Positions 1-10,000 of a DNA stretch of 63,116 bases are shown in pieces; the first letter of the stretch is position 1; every line of letters starts with the position of its first letter. The DNA is from Akkermansiaceae bacterium (GTDB lineage Bacteria; Verrucomicrobiota; Verrucomicrobiia; Verrucomicrobiales; Akkermansiaceae): contig JBMYYO010000001.1 of assembly GCA_049609505.1 (NCBI GenBank), positions 1 through 63,116 of the forward strand, written 5' to 3'. The notes beneath the pieces were generated by a model. The model was not told the origin of the DNA and ran no database searches. It saw nothing but the letters and a program-made list of their open reading frames with translations. Made by a program: the position numbers and the translations under genes.

Positions 1-515
1 TCGAGTGTTTTGAGTGCCATGTCATGCACGGCGTGGGCGAACTCATGCACGAGGATGTTTTCGTCATCGTAGGGGTCACCGGGGAAATTGAGCAGGTTTT
101 CTTCGCCGCAACTCACGCAGGGTCGGTGAGGTGTGGGGCCGAGTCCGCGGGCGCGTCGGTTCCAGTAGGCGTGCGGTTTGAGATCAGAGTGCTCAGGCAC
201 ATCGGCGGTGCGCTCGTCCCAGGCCATGATGGCGAGTCGCACCCGGTTTTTGCCGAGTTCGCGTAGGATGTCGGGTCGATTTTTTAACATCGAGTTAATG
301 ATCCATGCGCTTTCGTAAAACGCTTCATCACGCACCTTGTCAGAGCTGACGATGGGGAAGGTGTTTAGTATCAGGGCCTTTTTATAGGACTGCGCCAGCT
401 TAAAGTCTTTGCGTAGTTGCTCAGTGACAGGTGCCACTTGCGGCTCCTTTTTGTCTTCAGCAAGGAGAAACCCGGAAGTGAGCGCGAGGCTGATGATGAC
501 GAGGGTATGTTTCAT
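1..515 (-). CDS. Secreted zincin-like metallopeptidase-family protein (partial, runs off window start; not in ORF track)
   Basis: Manual translation from ATG at 515: MKHTLVIISLALTSGFLLAEDKKE...RARGLGPTPHRPCVSCGEENLLNFPGDPYDDENILVHEFAHAVHDMAL; signal peptide and HExxH motif, no stop before base 1. Confidence 0.8.
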   Translation of the reverse strand, partial: MKHTLVIISLALTSGFLLAEDKKEPQVAPVTEQLRKDFKLAQSYKKALILNTFPIVSSDKVRDEAFYESAWIINSMLKNRPDILRELGKNRVRLAIMAWDERTADVPEHSDLKPHAYWNRRARGLGPTPHRPCVSCGEENLLNFPGDPYDDENILVHEFAHAVHDMALKTL

Positions 516-550
516 GGAAGATGTTTACGTTTAGCCGTGGTGGGATGTTT

Positions 551-3367
551 CTATCTCGGCGCGCCCATCTCGATCCATTCGCGCAATGCTTGTTGCATTT
601 CTGGGGCGACTGTGGGCATAGGAAAGGGTGGCATACTTCCAGCGCGAATCATTCCTAACAAATGGCTTTTCTCGGGGTGCTTGGTGTTGATGGATTTCAT
701 CAATGATTCGTAAGTGGAGAAGTCATGTTTTGCATTTGCTGCGTGGCAGGTGATGCAGGCTTGTTTATGGATGATGTTTTGATTGATCCACTGGTAATTT
801 AGTTGGCTCTTTTTGTAGGCGACGCTCGGCCCGACTGGTCGCTTCACCGTATCGCGCCCCGCCAGCTTATCAAAGTGTGCGATGATGTTTGCGTAGGTGT
901 TACCATTGTTGTTTTTCTCCGGCACGACGAGGTGGGTTGGTTTCCCATCGGGAGCAGGCTCACCTTGAATGTTCTTGTTAGAAAACTTATTGATCGTGGC
1001 GTAGAGATCGAGTGTGAGTTTTTCACCTGTCACGGACTTAAGATCTGTATAAATCTGCGTGCACATCGCGGGGAGGATTTGAGGCACGTTGATGAATAGT
1101 TCTTTGCCGTCGTCTGAGAGATAAACTTTCTTCACCTCAAGTCGATCATGGCCGATCTTGCCGGGTTGTTTTACAGAATACTCGGGCGAGCCGTAGGTGT
1201 GTGCGGAGTCGATGTAATTCCATTGTTGGATGAATGTGCGTTTAATCGACACCGATTTTTGATCAATGGCCTGATTGAAACGAACCGATATGCCATTGCG
1301 GTAGGACTTCCATGATGTGGGAACCAGCGCCGTTTTTCCTGTGTATCTGATTCTGCTGAGGCTGCCTTCTGTTGTGGCAAAATCTCCCCAGCCATCCATG
1401 CCGATGACATAGACTTGCCCGTCTCTGGGGTTGGTGGCGAGCCGAGCAGTGCCGTTGGAAAACTCACCGGGGAGGAGCTGGAGGGCGGCTTGTGGGCTGC
1501 CGTGATTTGGGTCGCGTAGGATTTGGTAATAGCGCCCCGTGCCGTAGCTTAGTCCGAGGAGGCTTTTTCCTAACGGGCCAAACTTCTGACTATTAAGAAA
1601 CAAACGACTTCCCGGTGAGTTATCTACGCCTCGTGGGAGGTAGAGGATTCTGCGGTTTTTTGAGACGGACTTGTTGTTTTCAGCGTGCTGTGATTCAAAA
1701 ACCGAGCAGGTGCCATTGCCGATATTTCCCTCGGATGAATCGGATAGAGCAAGCCCATCCGAGCGCACTGATAGACCGAACGGACTCCGGCACGTGCCTG
1801 AAATTTTGTTGATCGTTTTGCCATCTTTGCTGATGCGGTGTACCCCGCTGGCGTGGCTGAGGTAGAGGTTTCCTTGAGCGTCCTGCTGCAGGTCATGGAG
1901 TCGGCCCGCAGGCAGCCCGCCTTTGACCAAGGGTCGAATCAAATCAGCTTCGCCATCGTTATTTTGATCATACAAACGAAGAACCTGATGCTGAGTGAGC
2001 ACGTGGAGAACGCCACTAACAACTTCCAAACCCAGCGGTGAATTGAGGCCGGATGCGTAGCGTTGCCATGTGATTTTTTCTAACGATTGATCGAGGCCGG
2101 TGACTTTCCAAATGTCTCCTACAAGCGTCGATACGTAAGCCGTGCCATCGGTTGAAAACGCGAGACCACAAGTAGTCATTGGCGTGCCGTAGGGATTGTT
2201 GGCGGGCACGGGGATATCATCGATTTCGTAGGCCGTGCCACTGGCAGCAGGGTCAGCATTGAGGGTGCCTTTAACCGTGATGTTTTCAGTAAACAAGCGC
2301 TCCCCACCGAGGATGAATGATGAGAGCTTTGAAGGCTTTTCTTGGGGGTGTATAGTTTGCTTATTGATGATGGGAACGATCCACGATGACATGCTGATGC
2401 GGTCGCCTTTTCCCATCTTAGGAATCGATACCCTAACTCTGCCGCCTGTTACTTTGACCGTTATTTTAGCACCGTGGTTAGAGCTTTGAATGTGGTGTGT
2501 TAGAATCCTATCTCCACCATCTACAACAACTCTCCACAACCCTTCCTGCTGATGAATTTTGATGGTGGGCTGTTTCAATAGTTTGGCCTCCAAGGGCATG
2601 AGGAAAACAAACGGCGTCGTGTTTCCCATCGATTCTAATGTCCTTGAATAAACGGCAAGACCATCAACCCATTTCACAGTGGGGTGATCAAGGATGAGTG
2701 TTTCGCCGATGTATCTTCTGAAAATGACTTTGTCTTGATGGAGGTGGTAGCCATCGTTTGTGATGGGTAGGTTTTTCCCGTTCGGGTCAAGCCATTCGCT
2801 GCCCTTGTTGACGAGATAATCGCTTCCTGTGTGCGACATGCCAAAGCCGAGGCGATCGACCTGATGCGAGAAAGCATGGAGCGGTGCGCGGAGTTGGGCG
2901 TTGAGAACCACCTTAGTCATCGATGGAGATGATGATGAAAATAGGCAGAGCGACTGGGCGTTTTTATGAGAAATGCTGACATACTGATCGCCACGTGCAT
3001 CGCGATTTGTAAGTCGGTAATACTTGGGTTCTGCAGTGCGGTTGAAGACGGTGCCCGAGAGCTTTTCATTCGTTCCACCCCAATGCCCACGCCTGCCACC
3101 TTCAAGACCTGGAAACGGCAGCAGTAGTGGGGAAAATTTAGAATTTGTTAGGTGAAACCGCGCTTGCCTAGCGTAGAAATCATAGAGCCTGTATCGATTG
3201 ATTTCAGCACCAGCAAACCGATGTTGATCCCGCCCGAGACTTGTTTGAAAATGAGGAAGATCAGAAAGCGCGCCCCGCAGCGGCAAAGCATCATAAGGTC
3301 CTGCAAATGCCGGAGCAACATACAAAAAAGCGAGTGCAATAAGGCCTGTCTTCGTCCAACTAATCAC
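551..3367 (-). CDS. Large secreted PVC-type protein with beta-propeller-like middle region and C-terminal c-type heme domain (DUF6797-like)
   Basis: 938-aa ORF, signal peptide, GLAF...YVSTLVGDIWKV / DQNNDGEAD propeller-like segments, C-terminal CITCH heme motif and GSMPP...LREWIEMGA. Confidence 0.7.
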   Translation of the reverse strand: MISWTKTGLIALAFLYVAPAFAGPYDALPLRGALSDLPHFQTSLGRDQHRFAGAEINRYRLYDFYARQARFHLTNSKFSPLLLPFPGLEGGRRGHWGGTNEKLSGTVFNRTAEPKYYRLTNRDARGDQYVSISHKNAQSLCLFSSSSPSMTKVVLNAQLRAPLHAFSHQVDRLGFGMSHTGSDYLVNKGSEWLDPNGKNLPITNDGYHLHQDKVIFRRYIGETLILDHPTVKWVDGLAVYSRTLESMGNTTPFVFLMPLEAKLLKQPTIKIHQQEGLWRVVVDGGDRILTHHIQSSNHGAKITVKVTGGRVRVSIPKMGKGDRISMSSWIVPIINKQTIHPQEKPSKLSSFILGGERLFTENITVKGTLNADPAASGTAYEIDDIPVPANNPYGTPMTTCGLAFSTDGTAYVSTLVGDIWKVTGLDQSLEKITWQRYASGLNSPLGLEVVSGVLHVLTQHQVLRLYDQNNDGEADLIRPLVKGGLPAGRLHDLQQDAQGNLYLSHASGVHRISKDGKTINKISGTCRSPFGLSVRSDGLALSDSSEGNIGNGTCSVFESQHAENNKSVSKNRRILYLPRGVDNSPGSRLFLNSQKFGPLGKSLLGLSYGTGRYYQILRDPNHGSPQAALQLLPGEFSNGTARLATNPRDGQVYVIGMDGWGDFATTEGSLSRIRYTGKTALVPTSWKSYRNGISVRFNQAIDQKSVSIKRTFIQQWNYIDSAHTYGSPEYSVKQPGKIGHDRLEVKKVYLSDDGKELFINVPQILPAMCTQIYTDLKSVTGEKLTLDLYATINKFSNKNIQGEPAPDGKPTHLVVPEKNNNGNTYANIIAHFDKLAGRDTVKRPVGPSVAYKKSQLNYQWINQNIIHKQACITCHAANAKHDFSTYESLMKSINTKHPEKSHLLGMIRAGSMPPFPMPTVAPEMQQALREWIEMGAPR

Positions 3368-3405
3368 AGTGTGCAGAATATGACATTGGTAGGTGAATAC
3401 AAAGA

Positions 3406-5469
3406 TTAGTTTTTCGGAGGAGTCGCTGAGTAGCGCAAGTTAGGCACTTCGGAGATGCCTGTTTTTGTGTGAACGACTGGGGAAAATGAAAACACCCACT
3501 TCCAGCTTGGTGCGCTTTTGATGAGGACTTTGTTCCAGCCTTTTTTGAGGTGAATTTTTGTTGGTGCGCGGCTGGTGTAGATCTCATTGGTGAAGGCAAA
3601 CTCTTTACCCATCTTGCCGGGGTTTTTCCACTTGGGTGGAGCGATGCGTTTGCCATTGATCCAGATATTGCACTTCGGGTTGGCATTCCAGTTGCCTGCT
3701 TTGGCGACGCCCGCACGGTTATCGGATGAGGATGTGGTGTTGAAGCTGATCCAGGCTCCCACTTCCTGATCCTTGTCACTGTGGATGTAGGTGTTCGCCC
3801 AGACGACGTCTTTGCCTTTGCGCGAGGTGTTGAGGTGGCTGCTGAATCCGAAGAAATGTTTGACGTGAATCGCTCCGCCACGCAGAGGTTTTGTCCAGCG
3901 ATAAACGTCATCGTTTTCGTGGTAGATGTCCTGAATGGTTCCTTCCTCAAGTGCCTTGACTTCACCATCGGCTACTGGGCCTAACAGACGCCACTCGATC
4001 GGGTGGGTTTTGACAAAGGGAAACGGCTTGCCTGAGAAAAAACGATCCCGATGCTCGGCGATTCGGTTTTCAAAGTCGGCGTAGGCTTTAAACTCGGCTG
4101 AGCCAACGGGCGGGAGTTTCGCCCAATAGGCGGACCGGTCTTTATCGATACCTTTCCACACCGCTTCCGAATAAGCGATCATTGCGGGAATGACGGGGTT
4201 GTTTGTTAGAGTGAGCCGGGGGTCGTCCACGCGGTTGTCTGGCCAGTGGGCGAGGATGCCGCCGAGGTGTTGTTGGTTTCCGTGAGGTTGGCGGCATGGC
4301 TGCTGGAAAAACATGCGCGTTGCGAAGTCGAGAGCTTCGAGGTGATTGACGTAGTTTGAGCGTGAATCGATATGGCGCAGGTGGCGGTGTGGCCGCGACT
4401 GCGCCCAGGTTTGTTGGATCTGGCGTTTGTCGCCTTTGACCGTCATGCCCTTGATCCAGCCGATGACTTCACGGTTGTTATCGTGCACAGCCTTGTGCAG
4501 CGCGGGCAAGTAGTCTGCATTCACTCGGTCAGTGGCGCGGTGTGCTTCATCGGTGCCGATGTGGATATAGGGCATCTTTTCTTTTCCAACGAGTGAGCAA
4601 AGTTCATGGATGAGTTCGACCATGGCTTTTTTCGCCTTGGGGTCGCGCATGTTTTTAATACCGATGCCTTTGCGGAAGGCATCCGAGTGGCCTGGAGAAT
4701 CGAACTCAGGAATCAGCGTGATGCCGCGTGCCCAGCAGTAATCCACCAAGGCCACAAACTCCTTCTGGGTGTAGAACTTCCCTGGCATCCGTGTGAAACT
4801 GGAATCGGCGGTGAGTTTGGGATAAATCTTACTCTCTAACCGCCAGCCAAAATACTCTGTGACGTGGAAGTGAAACACATTCATCTTGTAGGCCGCCAAT
4901 ACATCAATCTGCATCTTGAGCTGCTCTAACGGCTGAAAGTTTCGCCCGACGTCGTGCATGAAGCCACGGATTTTGAAGGCGGGGTAGTCGTGGATTTTAC
5001 ACATGGCGACGGTGGTTTTTCCGTCTTTACGAACCATGAGTTGGTGTAGGGTTTGCAGCCCATGTTGTAAGCCTGCAACGGTATTGGCGATCAGTATGAT
5101 GCCCTGTTGATTTACGACAAGTCGGTAGGCTTGATCGCTCTGGCCTTTCCAGAGATCGGGAGTTTTCACTTCGGCTAATCTTAGAGAGAAGTGCATTTTC
5201 GACTTAGAATCATGGGTGAGTCCATACTTTAGCGAAAATTGGTTGAACTCCTGAAACAATTGCTCCGAACGAAGTGGTGTATTTTTTAAAAGATTGCTAT
5301 TGGGTAATTTCATTTTCACAGGCACCAACTCGATGGTTTCCCCTTGCCACTCTATGGCCTGAGGCATGGGAAGAAGCGAGGGGCGAGCGGAGTCAACGGC
5401 AGCATATGACGCGATGGCACTGCTGAAAATTAACAACAAGAAGAGAAACGAATAGACGTAGCGGAACAT
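3406..5469 (-). CDS. Beta-N-acetylhexosaminidase, GH20
   Basis: IHDYPAFKIRGFMHDVGRNF, MNVFHFHVTE, FYTQ, LIPEFDSPGH, HIGTDEA catalytic DE pair; signal peptide. Confidence 0.93.
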   Translation of the reverse strand: MFRYVYSFLFLLLIFSSAIASYAAVDSARPSLLPMPQAIEWQGETIELVPVKMKLPNSNLLKNTPLRSEQLFQEFNQFSLKYGLTHDSKSKMHFSLRLAEVKTPDLWKGQSDQAYRLVVNQQGIILIANTVAGLQHGLQTLHQLMVRKDGKTTVAMCKIHDYPAFKIRGFMHDVGRNFQPLEQLKMQIDVLAAYKMNVFHFHVTEYFGWRLESKIYPKLTADSSFTRMPGKFYTQKEFVALVDYCWARGITLIPEFDSPGHSDAFRKGIGIKNMRDPKAKKAMVELIHELCSLVGKEKMPYIHIGTDEAHRATDRVNADYLPALHKAVHDNNREVIGWIKGMTVKGDKRQIQQTWAQSRPHRHLRHIDSRSNYVNHLEALDFATRMFFQQPCRQPHGNQQHLGGILAHWPDNRVDDPRLTLTNNPVIPAMIAYSEAVWKGIDKDRSAYWAKLPPVGSAEFKAYADFENRIAEHRDRFFSGKPFPFVKTHPIEWRLLGPVADGEVKALEEGTIQDIYHENDDVYRWTKPLRGGAIHVKHFFGFSSHLNTSRKGKDVVWANTYIHSDKDQEVGAWISFNTTSSSDNRAGVAKAGNWNANPKCNIWINGKRIAPPKWKNPGKMGKEFAFTNEIYTSRAPTKIHLKKGWNKVLIKSAPSWKWVFSFSPVVHTKTGISEVPNLRYSATPPKN

Positions 5470-5539
5470 AAAATTAATACTAAAACGGTGAGCAAATGAG
5501 GCAATGATTACCGTGCTGGTTGGTTATGCATACCATGAC

Positions 5540-7087
5540 TTACCGAGCCAAATTATCTAACGAAATCTTCTGAAAGATCATATCCGCTGCGGATGATTCG
5601 TAGAGGGTGCCGATAGTTTTTTCATCAATCAACACCAGCGATGAGTAGGCGCCGCCTTTGGAGTCGAGTAAGACGTGGTATTTTTCTGGCCAGGTTTTTC
5701 CGTCGTCGAGGCTCATTTGAATGGTCATTTTTGAGCGGCCTTTTTTGTTGTTAGGGTTGGAGAATAGGAGGACGTGTTTTCCTCTGGGGTGCTTGAAGCT
5801 GATGAGCGATGCCATGCAGACTGGCTCGGGCAGGGCGCTATGATCGGCGCTGTGTTTGCTCCACGTTTTACCAAGGTTGGTGGTGGTGGAAACGGCGCGA
5901 CCATTGGTGTCTGATTTGTCCTTTCGGTTGCGGTTGTCACGCATGTTCAGCATCAGAGAACCATCGGAAAGTTCGGCGACGGCGCACTCGGTGGTATTGT
6001 CACGGGCGTGGCTGGAGACGTGCCAAGTTTTGCCATGGTCCTTGCTCCAGGTGATGTTAGAAAACGGGCGACCTTTGGCATCGCGACCTTGGGTGGGCAT
6101 GACGAGCGTGCCGTTTTTCATGGTGATGCCATTGCCAGGGGCGGGGGCAAACAGATACCATGATGGGTCTTTGAGTTTCTCCGTCCAGTTCTCGGGTTTG
6201 CTCCATGTTTTTCCGTGGTTGTTAGAGCGCACTACCATGAATTGGGTGGCTTTGTGGATCGAGTGCCCGGGTTCTGAGCCTTTGCCGCTCCACTGGTGGG
6301 TGCCAGGTTTGCCGTGGGTCCAGCAGGCGGTGACAAAGATTTCGCCTGTTTTGGAATCAACGAGTATGCCGGGGTCCGAGCAGCCGTTTTCTTTTTGTGG
6401 CTTACCGCCATACTCGCCCATGTCCATGATCGGGACGGGATCAGCCCATGTTTGTCCGCCGTCTTTGGATACCGAGAGGCCGATGTCCATGTGCTCTTGC
6501 AGGTCCTTGCGCGAGTTATAGCGCATGTCGTAAACGGCTAACAGATCTCCGTTGTTGGCGCGGGCTATGGCGGGGATGCGGAAGGTGTGGCTGTTGTGCT
6601 GGCCGCGTTTGTGGATGGTGTAGGCGAGGCGCGATGGTGAGAAGTTTTCTGCTTGAGGAACTTTTAAGTGATCTCCGTCTGCAAAGGTGAATTCAGTGAT
6701 TTGCAAACCGATCCGATGAAGTAGGTCAGCGCCCTTTTTTGTTTGAACCACTAACTTACAGGTGTGGTTCCCGGGGGGGATTTTGGTTGATTGCGTCAGG
6801 TTGACGATCCCTTTGTTTGGCTTGGAAGCTCCCATGGCGAGATCGCCTGCACGACGATCCATGAACACGGCAATTTCTTTCAGGTCAGCAAGATCAGTAG
6901 TGCCGCTGGTGTTGATTTTAATGCCGGTGAGAACCCGAGGTTTTTGAGTTTTGAAGTTAAAACGCATCACCACAGTGGGCTCACCATCGTTGAGGACGGG
7001 CAGGGTTTGGGTAGTGGCCTCGAAAGTTGCGGCTTTCAGATGGCTCAATGAGAGTAGAAACAGAGTGGTTGTTAGGTATTTGTTCAT
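5540..7087 (-). CDS. Exo-alpha-sialidase, GH33
   Basis: FRIP motif, Asp boxes SKDGGQTW, SNNHGKTW, SKDHGKTW, SLDDGKTW, ECAVAE, AYSSL. Confidence 0.95.
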   Translation of the reverse strand: MNKYLTTTLFLLSLSHLKAATFEATTQTLPVLNDGEPTVVMRFNFKTQKPRVLTGIKINTSGTTDLADLKEIAVFMDRRAGDLAMGASKPNKGIVNLTQSTKIPPGNHTCKLVVQTKKGADLLHRIGLQITEFTFADGDHLKVPQAENFSPSRLAYTIHKRGQHNSHTFRIPAIARANNGDLLAVYDMRYNSRKDLQEHMDIGLSVSKDGGQTWADPVPIMDMGEYGGKPQKENGCSDPGILVDSKTGEIFVTACWTHGKPGTHQWSGKGSEPGHSIHKATQFMVVRSNNHGKTWSKPENWTEKLKDPSWYLFAPAPGNGITMKNGTLVMPTQGRDAKGRPFSNITWSKDHGKTWHVSSHARDNTTECAVAELSDGSLMLNMRDNRNRKDKSDTNGRAVSTTTNLGKTWSKHSADHSALPEPVCMASLISFKHPRGKHVLLFSNPNNKKGRSKMTIQMSLDDGKTWPEKYHVLLDSKGGAYSSLVLIDEKTIGTLYESSAADMIFQKISLDNLAR

Positions 7088-7096
7088 TAGATCAGA

Positions 7097-10000
7097 TTAT
7101 TGGGAAACTTTGAGTCGCATGAAGACGCGTGCTGCCGGGTTGGCAGGTCGCCACGAAAGGGTCTCTGTGCCGTTGCCATTATGCACGCGATGCACGAGTT
7201 CGATCAACGATTGATCGCCAGGATCGGCAACCCAGTTGACGAGATCAGTGGAGATTTGAACAATGCCTTGCACGTTGCGCGCGCTGAGGTCTCTGGTGTA
7301 AATGATGCCAAACTCGCCGGAGGAAAGTTCGTGACCCAGGAGCTCGGAGCCAGAGGTGGAATCGGTGTCGGATGTTCCGAAAAAATATTCCACCAGCGCC
7401 TTAATGCCATCATTGTCATCATCTGCGTTGGCGGTGCTGCTGAAGTCGATGCCGCCGTCGCTTGCAGGAGTGCCACCAATAGCGGCGCTGGGCTTCCAGT
7501 TGAGCGCATGGCTGTGATCTGGGTTCGATGCAGGGGCGTTGAGAACGAGTGAAAAACCATCGCCATCGGCCGCCGTCGGCCATGGTAATTGATCGTTGTA
7601 GATGAATGATCGGATCGTGCTGCCATCGGCTGCGGTGAGTTTGATTTCCTCACCATCATTGCTCAAGCTACCGCTGAATGTTCCCACGATACTTGAAGCA
7701 GGGACCGACGGATAACGGATAGAAAAAGCCGTTGGATTCTCGACAATAACAATGCGCTGGCCGGGCGCGAGCTGTGTGATGTTTGCCGTGTTAAAATCAA
7801 AGGTGACGCCGCTGGTAAACGCCACATTGGTGAGTTCAATAGAGCTGTTACTGATGTTGAGTAATTCGATAAACTCAAAGTCCTTACGACCATAAATCCC
7901 ACCCGGGTCTTCGGCGGCCGTGGGGGCTGCGGGTCGATAACTGAACTCGCTAATCACCAGATTGGCCCCACTGGCGGGAACCCCCACAACAAAGGTCGCT
8001 TCATTGAGGGCTGACCACTCACCGTCGGAGAGTGTGCGGGCGCGTATGATGCCGGATGATGCAAGCTCTGGCGGGTTGGCGTTGTTATATACGAAAGCTG
8101 CGGGGTTTACATTGCCGCCGGGGAGCCGTGGATCGCTGCCGTCTAACGAGTAGTAGGTAACGCCCGAATCGGTGGTCATTGTTAGAGTGTAGTTGCTAGC
8201 CACCTCGCCGCCGTGTTGGGAGAAAACGGGAGCGTCCACATCAGGGTAAAGGTTAGCCCCACGGAGATGGGCTAGGCAGACATCGCCACGTGTGCTCAGA
8301 AAGGTCATGATCCGGTTTAATTCTGGGAGCCAATCTGATTCATAGGTATAGGGCGGATTCTTCCGGACATCTCCCCAGCGAGCGGATTCTGCACGCATTG
8401 CTAGGCCCGCTTCATCGGCGAGTGCTTGCAGCCTATCTTGTGAGGCACTTGCTGTGAGCGCGCCATCATTGAATAAGGCACGGTGGGCGCGATCTGCAAA
8501 AAGCATTCTGAACTCAGCGCTCTCTCGTAGCTCGCTGTAGATCCTAGCCGGGGAGTTAGCGTTGCTTTTCCCCGTGTTGTTTGTCGAGGTGAAACCTTGC
8601 TCGGCATCCCAGATAAAAAATTGATAACCTCTTACCGGACTGTATGCCCCATACCAATTGTTAGGCAACCAGTCGGTGGTGCCGCCATACATGTTGAGCA
8701 GCATGTAATCTATCAGGCTGATCTCATCCAAGTTGGCGATCACTTTGTTGTAATCCAGTGGGGTATCAGCGGCATCACCATAGACTGTGTTCCATGAATC
8801 AATATTGCCATCGACAACCTCAGGTGGGGACTTGTGCTTGATGACATCCCAATCGGACTCACTTCCTCCCTGATGCTCTGATTGAAACGCGGCGTCTGGT
8901 CGTTCGTGAAGGTTGTAAACACCCCAGTAGAGGCCGTTGACGTAGAGGTTGATGTATCGGCCCGACGCAGCGGGTTGGCCCATGTCGCGCTGTGAGTTTC
9001 TCGCCCACTGGTCGCTGAGGTAGAGAGCCTTGTCACTCTGTGAACTGGCAGAAATCGTCCATGCGTCATTGAATGTGGCGCGTAGAACTAGCGTGTTGAA
9101 CCGCTCGACCTGTGAGTCTGGAAACAGAGGGTGCTCGAGCTTGCCCACGCCGTATTGTTTTTTGAAAATAATACGGAACGAATGCTTGGGCGTGGACCAC
9201 GGGCGGCGCGCAGCTGATCCTTGAATACGGATACCAGCGTTTTCTTGAAACCCGCTGGTGCCATCGGGGTGGATCAACTCCACCGAAGTAGGCCGCTCCC
9301 AGAGAGAGCCGTCTTTAAGTGAGTTCGAGTAAATCCCCGTCGTTGGATCGAAGAGGTCATCCTGATCCATAACAATCGACATCGCCGGCAAACTATTGAG
9401 AGCCTCGGAGAGCTGTGTGGTTGTCGCCACGCTCGAATCCATCTCATAATCAGCCACTGTGAAAAAATCATTTTGCGTTCCCCAGTCGGTAGGAAACCCC
9501 ACTGGCTGTGCAGGCTGATTAGCCACGTGCGCAGGGAAAATGTAAGTTTGGGTATCGACGTTGGTGGGGATATACCCATCTCTAACAGCGATGATTCTAA
9601 GAATCGTGGTTGTGGAAATGGGAATGGTTGCCGTGGGTGGTGTGAAGGCATCCGCAGGCGGAACTTGTGTGCCGTTGGTCAAGGAGGGTTCGGAACCATC
9701 GGTGGTGTAAATCAACGTAGAGCCTGAGTCTTTACCAGCGATGACTTCATTGAAAGAAGCTGTGTAAATTCCTCTGGGAGAGGCAAAGGTGGTATCTGTT
9801 AGAATACCATCGAACGCCTCGCTATTAGAAAATCCTGGCGTGGGGTTTGGGATGAATCCGATGGCCGCCGTAGAGAAATCAATCGCTACCATGCCCGCCA
9901 GTTCAGCCGACATCAAAAAGTCCGAGCTGCCGGAGTTAATATTGAGCATGTGGATGGCAAGAACGTTGGTGCCTGTGACAAGGGAGTTAAGATGGGCGCT

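Noticed and set aside
24-713. Plus-strand ORFs 24..266 and 417..713
   Set aside because: Antisense to the HEFAH gene and the heme protein; no recognisable features
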